Assembly (NCBI RefSeq): GCF_014360585.1 | Contig: NZ_JACIXG010000012.1 | Location: 3,196 to 67,195, forward strand | Direction of reading: 5' to 3' | DNA: 64,000 nt | Origin: Nocardioides sp. | Lineage (GTDB): Bacteria > Actinomycetota > Actinomycetes > Propionibacteriales > Nocardioidaceae | Part shown: piece by piece, positions 37,536-45,083 of the stretch | Position numbering within the stretch: position 1 is the first letter of the stretch | Layout: each line of letters starts with the position of its first letter | The notes under the pieces: generated by a model | Told to the model about the DNA's origin: nothing | The model's database searches: none | What the model saw: the letters and a program-made list of their open reading frames with translations, nothing else | Made by a program: the position numbers and the translations under genes

Positions 37536-37928
37536 ATGACAGTCGAGGTGACGGTGCGGGATGAGACCACCGCAGGAGACGTACTGCAGGAACTGGCACT
37601 GCAGCTCGAGGCGGAGCAGGTGACGGTGCGCGAGCTGATCATCAGCCGGGTGGCATCGGAGGTTCGGGCGTACAACGCAGGACAGGTGCTCGGGGGTTTC
37701 CGCGGCTTGGTTCAGCCGCCCGAAGCAGAGCTGGCGCTCAACGGTCCGCGAGAGCCACGCATGGTCGACGCGGAGATCCAGGCGAAGGTCGCCGTCGAGG
37801 CGTTCGAACGAGGCCGATTCCTGCTGCTCGTCGACGACCGTCAGGTCACCGAGTTCGATGAACGGGTTGTTCTGCGCACTGGGTCGGCGGTGTCCTTCCT
37901 CAAGCTCACCCCGTTGGTGGGTGGCTGA
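37536..37928 (+). CDS. hypothetical 130-aa protein ending in a diglycine (…SFLKLTPLVGG-stop); possible beta-grasp/ubiquitin-like (ThiS/MoaD-like) C-terminal module
   Basis: C-terminal 35 residues (LLLVDDRQVTEFDERVVLRTGSAVSFLKLTPLVGG) resemble the ThiS/MoaD tail pattern. Stop overlaps the start of the next gene (TGATG). Fold assignment is inference only. Confidence 0.55.
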   Translation: MTVEVTVRDETTAGDVLQELALQLEAEQVTVRELIISRVASEVRAYNAGQVLGGFRGLVQPPEAELALNGPREPRMVDAEIQAKVAVEAFERGRFLLLVDDRQVTEFDERVVLRTGSAVSFLKLTPLVGG

Positions 37929-39181
37929 TGACACCGATCGCTCAGTCCGTCACCGAGGATGCCGCGGGCCAAGTGGTCGAGGCGCTCATCGCCGAGACGG
38001 CACAGCGGGCCAGTGGGCCGGCCATCCCGGCAGGGCTTCGCGCGTCGAGCGTCTGGGCAGACCTGCAGAAGTCGCCGGACAGCGTTCGTGCGGCCGTGGT
38101 GATCTGTGCTTTGCGCCGCATGGGTGAGCTGAACCAAACCGGGAGTTCCTGGTCACGGGGCAGCAACGTCGCATCGGGCATCGTGACGGGGATGCTGCGT
38201 CGGCAGATCGCGTTGAGTCCCGGTGACAGGGTCGATCTGATTGCTTCGCTGCTGGGCGGCAGCGAAGCCGAGCCGACCCATGGCGCGCCCTGGACCTACC
38301 ACGTCGAGCATCTCGTCAAGCCGGTCCTCAGGGCGCTGGAACGCGGCGGCGACGTCGATCGGATTCCTGAGGAGAAGAAGCTCCTCCGGGTGCTGCGCGA
38401 GGCGCTCCGCCAACCGTGGATGGATGCTGAGCGGAAGCGTTGGATCCATCAGATCGACCAGTTGCTCAGTGACTCCGATGAGCCGTTGATCCCCGCAGGG
38501 CCTTGGGCGGCCGCGATGCAGCAGGGGATCGCGTCCCAACCTCCGACGGTTGCGGCCGCGGGGTCGGCGGCGATCGGTGTCGCCGCGTCGTCCGCTGGGG
38601 CCAAGCCGACCGCGGTGTTCACCAAGAAGGTCGATGGCCTGATCGACGCCCACGACGCGGAAGATCTACGTACGGCCGTGGTGATGCTGCTCGAGGTGTC
38701 TGTGCTCCCGGTCTCGGCAGCCCGTGGACAGGTCGACGGCATCACAGGTGATGTGCTGCGCCGCCTGTGCTGGATCGCGGCGTCGCTGCCAGCCGACACC
38801 CGCTTGGCCACTGCGGTGGGAGGTTGGCTCATAGCCGGGTGGGCGAAGGTTCCGGGGTTCGGCCCGGTGAGCCAGCGGGTGGCAACCGGCGCCGCTTGGG
38901 CCTTGGCTCGCCTCGGAGATCTGGGTGCCGGGGAACTAGGACGGGCTCGGGCTGTGCTCAAGCAGCCGCAGGCCGTCAGGTCGGTCGATGCGGCGATCGA
39001 CGAGGCTGCGGAACGGCTCGGGATCCCTCGAGAGGAGTTCGAGGAGCGGGTGGTGCCGACGTACGGCTTGGACGTCGGAGCGCGGAGGGAGTTGGCTCTC
39101 GGAGAGCACACGGCGGTCCTGGCGTACACCGCCGGCAAGGTTGGCATCACGATCGTGGCGGCGGACGGGAAAACCCGGTAG
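37928..39181 (+). CDS. N-terminal part of a DUF4132 (MolR-like) protein, ended by an in-frame TAG
   Basis: Helical-repeat-like 417-aa ORF. TAG at 39179-39181 is followed in the same frame by ACA GTG... of the next ORF. Confidence 0.6.
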   Translation: MTPIAQSVTEDAAGQVVEALIAETAQRASGPAIPAGLRASSVWADLQKSPDSVRAAVVICALRRMGELNQTGSSWSRGSNVASGIVTGMLRRQIALSPGDRVDLIASLLGGSEAEPTHGAPWTYHVEHLVKPVLRALERGGDVDRIPEEKKLLRVLREALRQPWMDAERKRWIHQIDQLLSDSDEPLIPAGPWAAAMQQGIASQPPTVAAAGSAAIGVAASSAGAKPTAVFTKKVDGLIDAHDAEDLRTAVVMLLEVSVLPVSAARGQVDGITGDVLRRLCWIAASLPADTRLATAVGGWLIAGWAKVPGFGPVSQRVATGAAWALARLGDLGAGELGRARAVLKQPQAVRSVDAAIDEAAERLGIPREEFEERVVPTYGLDVGARRELALGEHTAVLAYTAGKVGITIVAADGKTR

Positions 39182-39184
39182 ACA

Positions 39185-40393
39185 GTGCCAGCCGCGGTGA
39201 AGCGCGACTTCGCCGAGGAGCTCAAGGCGCTCAAGGTACAGGCGAAGGATGTCGTGGCGATGGTGGCCGCGCAGCGGATGCGGCTCGAACGGCTACTGCT
39301 CGATGACCGGGAATGGGACGCCGCCGTCTGGCGGGAGCGCTACGTCGACCATCTGCTGGTCTCCGTTCTCGCGCGCAACCTGATCTGGCAGGTGGACAAC
39401 GGGGCGTCGCTCACGGCCGTCGTCGCGTTCGATGGCGAGCTGCGCGACATCGACGGTGAGCTTGTCGAGGTCGCCGCGACGGATCGCATCCGGCTGTGGC
39501 ACCCGGCGACCGTGCCGACCGAGGAGGTCGGCGCCTGGCGTCGACGGGTCGAAGATCTGGGCGTCGTGCAACCGTTCAAGCAGGCACATCGCGAGGTCTA
39601 CCTGCTGACGGCGGCCGAGGAACGTACGGACCTCTACTCCAACCGCTTCGCCGGACACATCATCAGGCAGCACCAGTTCGCGGCGCTTGCTCGCGGGCGT
39701 GGTTGGCGCTATCGCCTGCAAGGCGCGTTCGACGCACCGGACGAGCAAGCACATATCCAGCTGCCGCAATACGGGCTGCGCGCCAGCTTGTGGGTCGACC
39801 GGCCCTGGGGTGCGGACGACGACTGGAACGACACCGGCATCTTCAACCATGTGCTCACCGACCAGGTCAGATTCACCACTGATCGCGATGCGGTGCATCT
39901 GCGAGATGTGCCGGTGCGGGTCCTCAGCGAGGTGCTGAGGGACGTCGACCTCTTTGTCGGGGTCGCCTCGATCGGCAGCGACCCTGCGGGGCAGGACAAC
40001 GGTGGCGCGCGTCGCGACGCCTGGGGCGACTACTGGAGCTCGTACTCCTTCGGCGAGCTCGGTGCGGCTGCTGAGGTACGCAAGGATCTGCTCTCCCGCC
40101 TGCTGCCCAGGCTGGCGATCGCGGATGTGACGCGGATCGAGGACCGGTTCCTGGTGGTGGAGGGGCGGCTACGGCGCTATCGCATTCATCTGGGGTCGGG
40201 CAACATCCTGATGGCGCCCAACGACCAGTACCTGTGCATCGTGCCGGGCCGGGGTGAGAAGGGCGCCGATGGTGTGATGCTGCCGTTCGAAGGCGACCAG
40301 CTGCTCAGCGTCATCCTCTCCAAGGCGATGCTGCTGGCGAGCGACGACAAGATCACAGACACGACGATCACCTCCCAGATCGTCCGACCGTGA
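39185..40393 (+). CDS. DUF4132 domain protein (C-terminal part of the split MolR-like gene)
   Basis: RLWHPATV, QPFKQAHREVY, RYRIHLGSGNILM...YLCIVP blocks that I recognise as DUF4132. Same frame as 37928-39181. Confidence 0.7.
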   Translation: MPAAVKRDFAEELKALKVQAKDVVAMVAAQRMRLERLLLDDREWDAAVWRERYVDHLLVSVLARNLIWQVDNGASLTAVVAFDGELRDIDGELVEVAATDRIRLWHPATVPTEEVGAWRRRVEDLGVVQPFKQAHREVYLLTAAEERTDLYSNRFAGHIIRQHQFAALARGRGWRYRLQGAFDAPDEQAHIQLPQYGLRASLWVDRPWGADDDWNDTGIFNHVLTDQVRFTTDRDAVHLRDVPVRVLSEVLRDVDLFVGVASIGSDPAGQDNGGARRDAWGDYWSSYSFGELGAAAEVRKDLLSRLLPRLAIADVTRIEDRFLVVEGRLRRYRIHLGSGNILMAPNDQYLCIVPGRGEKGADGVMLPFEGDQLLSVILSKAMLLASDDKITDTTITSQIVRP

Positions 40394-40396
40394 CCA

Positions 40397-40443
40397 CAAG
40401 GTCGAAGATCGCAGCCACCTGATGACTGTGATCTTCGACCTTG
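40397..40443. terminator. 14-bp perfect hairpin after the DUF4132 gene
   Basis: CAAGGTCGAAGATC (40397-40410) / GATCTTCGACCTTG (40430-40443), 19-nt loop, no T-run. Confidence 0.45.
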
Positions 40444-40479
40444 GTGCTCCGCTCACGGGTGCGGGTTACTCTCGACGGC

Positions 40480-41511
40480 ATGAGTCCGAAGGCGATGTCG
40501 GCGCTGGCGATCTCAGCTGTGCTGCTCGCTGGATGCGGCGGTGAGCCGGCCACTGCGCCGTCGTCTCCCGGAACGACACCGTCGGCCTCGGCGAGCCCGG
40601 CCACACCCTCTCCGTCCCCGTCCGAGACGCTGCCGCCGGTGACCGACGAGGTCTCGCTCCCGCAGCTGATGCGCGAGGAGTTCCCGGGCGGTGAGGTGAA
40701 GGTGCTGCGGGAGTCGGGGAGCACGGACGCGTATCGGCGCTTCGAGGTCAGCCATCCGAGCGGCCCGCTCACGATCACCGGCGTGCTCTTTCGGCCGCGC
40801 GGGGCGGGGCCGTTCCCCGGCGTGGTCTTCGCGCACGGCCACATCGACACTGACATCTACGTCACCGGCCAGGGCCTTCGGCGCGAGCAGGACCGGCTGG
40901 CGCGGGAGGGCTACGTCGTCCTGCACACCGACTACCGCGGCCACGCCGGGTCATCCTCCATCCCGGAGGGCACCGAGGAGGACGAGAGCCGGCTCGGCTA
41001 CACCCGGGACACCATCAACGCGGTCCAGGCGATGAAGAGACTCCCGTACGTCGACCCCGACCGCACCGCCCTGCTCGGCCGCTCCATGGGCGGGGGAGTG
41101 GTGATGAACGCGCTCGTCGCCCAGCCGGACCTGGTGCGGGCCGGCGTGACGTACGCATCGGTCTCCTCCGACATCGTCGACAACATCAACCGGTGGGCGG
41201 TTCCGTCGCGGCCCGAGGAGGTTGCCCGGCTCTACCGGCAGCACGGCGATCCCGAGCAGCAGCCCGAGTTCTGGGAAGGGCTGTCGGCCCGGACGTACTT
41301 CGACCGCATCGAGGTCCCGGTGCAGATGCACCACGGGACCGATGACGAGTCCTGCCCGATCAGATGGGCCTACACGACCCGGGACCTGATGGAGGCCGCG
41401 GGAGTACGTCAGCGCCTCTGGGTCTACCAAGGTGAGCAGCACGCCTTCGGGCCGCAGTGGGACCTCTCGATCCGGCGCGTCATCGGGTTCCTCGATCGCC
41501 ATCTGGCATGA
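40480..41511 (+). CDS. alpha/beta hydrolase, S9 prolyl-oligopeptidase/dienelactone-hydrolase-like lipoprotein
   Basis: Lipobox LLAGC; GRSMGG nucleophile elbow; HGTDDE and EQHAF (Asp/His) blocks. Confidence 0.78.
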   Translation: MSPKAMSALAISAVLLAGCGGEPATAPSSPGTTPSASASPATPSPSPSETLPPVTDEVSLPQLMREEFPGGEVKVLRESGSTDAYRRFEVSHPSGPLTITGVLFRPRGAGPFPGVVFAHGHIDTDIYVTGQGLRREQDRLAREGYVVLHTDYRGHAGSSSIPEGTEEDESRLGYTRDTINAVQAMKRLPYVDPDRTALLGRSMGGGVVMNALVAQPDLVRAGVTYASVSSDIVDNINRWAVPSRPEEVARLYRQHGDPEQQPEFWEGLSARTYFDRIEVPVQMHHGTDDESCPIRWAYTTRDLMEAAGVRQRLWVYQGEQHAFGPQWDLSIRRVIGFLDRHLA

Positions 41512-41768
41512 CCTGACCAGGCGATGAGGAGGGGCCCAGCGGTCCCACTTTTTTGGGGACTTTCGACACTGTCTCGACAACAGCTCGGTAACGCAACATT
41601 GGTGCTCCACACACAGTGGCCGACTGCGGGGAAGCGTCTGGATCTGGGGGGCTTTGAAGCCCAAGGGAGTATCCGGGTGAAGTTCTGCAGCGGCGGGCGG
41701 GGTCAGGGTTCATCAAAGCCGGGGCCCCGCCTGCGTGTGTCAACCTGGTCCCTGAATGGCACCCAGGG

Positions 41769-42362
41769 ATGAGGCATGATGTGGTCATGAGCGACGATGT
41801 CGGGCCGAACACCGGGATGGAGCAGCCGCGGTCGCCGTGGCGCTGGGTGGCGGCGGTCGGAGCTGCCGCGGTCGTGCTCGTCGCCATCGTCGCCTCGTTC
41901 GGGCTCCTGGGCTCCGACGACACCGCCGACGATCCCGCTGCCGCGCCGCCGTCGCCGACCGCGACGGTCACCGAGACCGCGCCGGTCCCGTCGGCATCGG
42001 CTTCTTCCGGAGGTGCCGGGGCGACCGAGCTGACCGTCGTCGCGGACGCCGCCCGCTGCCTCCCGCCGACCTCGAAGTGGCTCTCGCAGAACGCCGCGCT
42101 GGCCTTCGAGGGCACCGTGAAGAGCATGAAGAAGGATGAAGCCGTCCTGCGGGTCAAGACGTGGATGTACGCCGATGGTGTCGGTGGCACCGACACCGTC
42201 CGGATCATCCTGCCGGCGCCGAGCACGATCCCGATGCCCGAGTTCGAGAAGGGCAAGGACTACCTGGTCGCGGCCAAGGGCGATGGCAAGGTCATCGGCT
42301 GCGGCTACAGCGACGCCAAGAGCGCTAATCTGCAGAAGCTGTACACCACCGCGTTCAAGTGA
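41769..42362 (+). CDS. hypothetical membrane-anchored protein
   Basis: Single TM (WVAAVGAAAVVLVAIVASFGLLG), Pro/Ala-rich linker, about 100-aa C-terminal domain. Start ambiguous (41769, 41787 or 41817). Confidence 0.5.
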   Translation: MRHDVVMSDDVGPNTGMEQPRSPWRWVAAVGAAAVVLVAIVASFGLLGSDDTADDPAAAPPSPTATVTETAPVPSASASSGGAGATELTVVADAARCLPPTSKWLSQNAALAFEGTVKSMKKDEAVLRVKTWMYADGVGGTDTVRIILPAPSTIPMPEFEKGKDYLVAAKGDGKVIGCGYSDAKSANLQKLYTTAFK

Positions 42363-42369
42363 CGGCCAG

Positions 42370-42900
42370 ATGATCGCGGGGCTGCTGCTCGCCGCCGGCG
42401 CCGGGCGGCGGATGGGTGGGCCCAAGGCACTCGTCGACGACTGGCTGGTCCGCTCGATCGAGGTGTTGCGCGACGGCGGCTGCGACGAGGTGCTCGTCGT
42501 GCTCGGGGCCGCCGCGGACGAGGCGCGAGCACGGCTCCCGGAGGGACAGCAGGTCGTCGTCGCCGCAAACTGGGACGAGGGGATGGGAGCATCGCTTCGG
42601 GTCGGTCTGGAGACGCTCGGGCCGGACGTGGAGGCTGCCGTGGTTCACCTGGTCGACCTGCCGGATGTCGGTGCCGATGTGGTCTCACGAGTGGTCTCGA
42701 CGGGCACTACCACCGGGTTGGCGCGCGCGGCGTACTCGGGCGTCCCTGGCCACCCGGTGCTGATCGGCCGCGACCATTGGTCCAGGGTCATCGAAGCCGC
42801 GGTCGGCGACGAAGGGGCCCGCCGCTACCTGAGGTCCCACGACGTACGCCTGGTGGAGTGCGGCGACCTGGCTGGCGGGCGGGACGTCGACAGTCGGTGA
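42370..42900 (+). CDS. MobA/MocA-like nucleotidyltransferase (molybdenum cofactor cytidylyltransferase-like)
   Basis: LLLAAGAGRRMGGPKAL N-terminal motif; LVDLPDV. Next to the Mo-hydroxylase maturation genes. Confidence 0.75.
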   Translation: MIAGLLLAAGAGRRMGGPKALVDDWLVRSIEVLRDGGCDEVLVVLGAAADEARARLPEGQQVVVAANWDEGMGASLRVGLETLGPDVEAAVVHLVDLPDVGADVVSRVVSTGTTTGLARAAYSGVPGHPVLIGRDHWSRVIEAAVGDEGARRYLRSHDVRLVECGDLAGGRDVDSR

Positions 42901-42911
42901 CGGGCGATGCC

Positions 42912-42978
42912 GGGGTAGTCCGGTAGCGACCTGCCTATTACTCGCCGGTAAATGGGCAGTTCGCTACCGGACTACCCC
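42912..42978. repeat. nested palindromic (REP-like) element H2
   Basis: GGGGTAGTCCGGTAGCGA (42912-42929) / TCGCTACCGGACTACCCC (42961-42978), perfect 18 bp. Inner CTGCC/GGCAG; loop core TTACTCGCCGGTAA. Homologous to H1. Confidence 0.75.
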
Positions 42979-43023
42979 GCCGCCCAACCACCAACCAACG
43001 ACACGCGCTCTACGCTGAGGACC

Positions 43024-43905
43024 ATGGAGTCGCTGACGCCCGAGATGATCGCCGACCGGCTGGCGGCGACGGGCTATCTGGCCGATCCGGAGCTGGCGAC
43101 GGTGACCTTCCTCGCGCTGCGGATGCAGCGGCCGCTGCTGCTCGAGGGCGAGCCCGGCACCGGCAAGACCGCGCTCGCCGAGGCGGTCGCCGAGGCGCTG
43201 GACCTGCCGCTGGTGCGGCTGCAGTGCTATGAGGGGATCGATGCCACCCAGGCGCTCTACGACTGGGACTTCGCCCGCCAGATCCTGCATCTGCGCGCGC
43301 TCGAGGCGACAGGTGGCACGGCCGAGGTCGAGGAGGCCGAGAAGTCCCTCTATGACGAGCGGTTCCTGCTCGCCCGGCCCGTGCTGGCCGCGCTGCGACA
43401 GGCGCCGTCGGTGCTGCTCGTCGACGAGATCGACCGGGCCGACGACGAGTTCGAGGCGTTCCTGCTGGAGGTGCTGTCGACCTATCGGGTGACGATCCCG
43501 GAGTTCGGGACGATCGCCGCTGTGGTCCCGCCGATCGTCGTGCTCACCTCCAACCGCACCCGCGAGCTCCACGACGCCCTCAAGCGCCGCTGCCTCTACC
43601 ACTGGATCGACCACCCGGGGCTGGAGCGCGAGATCGAGATCGTACGCAGCCGAGCCCCCGAGGTCGCCGACGAGCTCGCCCGCCAGGTGGTCACGGTGGT
43701 CCAGCAGCTGCGCAGCGCAGAGGGCGCGAGCGCGCTGCTCAAGCCTCCCGGAGTCGCCGAGACGCTCGACTGGGCGCGCGCCCTGCACCACCTCGGCTCG
43801 ACCGAGATGGACCTGGAGAGCGCCGCGGCCACGCTCGGAGCGCTCGTGAAGCACCGCGAGGATGCCGATCGCGTCCGGGTCGCCCTGGACCGGCTGCTGG
43901 CATGA
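43024..43905 (+). CDS. MoxR-family AAA+ ATPase (CoxD-like)
   Basis: Walker A GEPGTGKT, Walker B LLVDEIDR, LTSNRTRELHDALKRRCLY. Start ATG 43024; the ORF-track ATG 42952 lies in the H2 loop. Confidence 0.88.
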   Translation: MESLTPEMIADRLAATGYLADPELATVTFLALRMQRPLLLEGEPGTGKTALAEAVAEALDLPLVRLQCYEGIDATQALYDWDFARQILHLRALEATGGTAEVEEAEKSLYDERFLLARPVLAALRQAPSVLLVDEIDRADDEFEAFLLEVLSTYRVTIPEFGTIAAVVPPIVVLTSNRTRELHDALKRRCLYHWIDHPGLEREIEIVRSRAPEVADELARQVVTVVQQLRSAEGASALLKPPGVAETLDWARALHHLGSTEMDLESAAATLGALVKHREDADRVRVALDRLLA

Positions 43906-45083
43906 GCGACTTCTCAGGCAATAGCTGCACTTCTCAGGCATTCCAACGCCAGAGAAGTGCAGCGATACCCGGTGAACCGGGTATTCCGACCGCGATCCTG
44001 CTCGGCTTCACCCGAGCACTCCGAGCAGCAGGGGTCTCGGTGACCCAGGACCGCGCCCACGGGTTCCTGCAGGCGACGGCGATCGTCGGCGCCGGCGACC
44101 CGGTCGCGACCTACCGAGCGGGAAGGGCCACGTTGTGCGCCGGCCCGGACGACCTGCGCCGCTACGACCAGGTCTTCGAGGCCTGGTTCGGGTCGACGAC
44201 GACGCTGCCGAAGCCGCAGGGGCCGCCGCGTACGGTCTCGGTCTTCTCCACCCTTCCCGAGACCGAGCCGCAGGCGGGGGAGGAGGCTGCCGAGGGCCCC
44301 GACGAGGTCGTCCGGGCGCGCGCCAGCGATCTGGAGACCCTGCGTCACCGGGACGTCGCCGACCTCGACCCGGCCGAGCAGGAGCGGGTGGCCGCGCTGA
44401 TCGCGCGCCTCCGGCCGCGAGCCCCGCGACGACGGACCCCGAGGCAGGACCCCTGGCGGCGCGGGCGGGTCGACGCCCACCGCACCCTGCGGGCCAGCCT
44501 GCGACACCTCGGTGAGCCGGCCGGGATCCACTACCGCAGGCGCGGCGAGCGGCCGCGCCGCGTCGTGTGGCTGATCGACGTGTCCGGGTCGATGAGCGCC
44601 TATGCGGACGTCTTGCTGCGAGTCGCCCACCGGGTGGTCTCGACGAGCTCGACCACGAGGGGCGGCGCGGTGTTCACGATGGGGACCCGGCTCACCAACG
44701 TCACTCGCGCGCTGCGCCACCGCGATCCCGACCGAGCACTCGCCGCGGCAGGCGAGACGGTGCCCGACTGGTCGGGCGGGACCCGCCTCGGTGACAACCT
44801 GCAGGCGTTCCTGCAGCGACACCAGGGGCTGGCCAGAGGCGCCGTGGTGGTCATCGCGAGCGACGGCTGGGAGCGCGGCGACCCGACCCTCCTCGAGGAG
44901 CAGACGGCGAGGCTGCATCGTCTCGCTCATCGGGTGGTGTGGGCCAACCCACACCGTGGCAAGGTTGGATATGAACCGCTGCAGCGAGGCATCGTCGCGG
45001 TGCTGCCGCACGTGGATGACTTCGTCGCCGGGCATTCGCTGGCGACGTACGAGGAGTTGGTGGAGGTGATCGCCCGTGCGTGA
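43902..45083 (+). CDS. VWA domain-containing protein (CoxE-like)
   Basis: LLGFTRALRAAGVSVT...; MIDAS-like LIDVSGSM. ATGA overlap with the coxD-like stop. The first 28 or so codons cover an AT-richer repeat/hairpin segment. Confidence 0.82.
   Translation: MSDFSGNSCTSQAFQRQRSAAIPGEPGIPTAILLGFTRALRAAGVSVTQDRAHGFLQATAIVGAGDPVATYRAGRATLCAGPDDLRRYDQVFEAWFGSTTTLPKPQGPPRTVSVFSTLPETEPQAGEEAAEGPDEVVRARASDLETLRHRDVADLDPAEQERVAALIARLRPRAPRRRTPRQDPWRRGRVDAHRTLRASLRHLGEPAGIHYRRRGERPRRVVWLIDVSGSMSAYADVLLRVAHRVVSTSSTTRGGAVFTMGTRLTNVTRALRHRDPDRALAAAGETVPDWSGGTRLGDNLQAFLQRHQGLARGAVVVIASDGWERGDPTLLEEQTARLHRLAHRVVWANPHRGKVGYEPLQRGIVAVLPHVDDFVAGHSLATYEELVEVIARA

Noticed and set aside
37536-37928. The GG-terminated protein as the missing sulfur-carrier partner (MetO-like) of the riboswitch-controlled ThrC-like enzyme.
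   Set aside because: It lies 12 kb away in an unrelated transcription unit, is translationally coupled to the DUF4132 gene, and has no SAM riboswitch. There is no sequence evidence linking the two.
41512-41768. The 257-nt spacer before the membrane-protein gene as an sRNA or riboswitch.
   Set aside because: It shows only a weak GTCCCA...TGGGGAC hairpin with a T-run and an isolated GTCTCGAC motif. It has no recognisable RNA-family core and no strong extended structure.
37427-42978. Calling the palindrome-flanked segment a classical genomic island or mobile element.
   Set aside because: It has no integrase, transposase, tRNA-attachment or direct-repeat att sites. The tRNA-Thr lies 26 kb away. 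Only the flanking REP-like palindromes and an impression of lower GC3 support any mobility.
42952-43023. ATG 42952 as the start of the CoxD-like ATPase.
   Set aside because: This ATG sits in the loop of palindrome H2, and the added 24 residues are not MoxR-like. ATG 43024 (MESLTPEMI...) gives a normal N-terminus.
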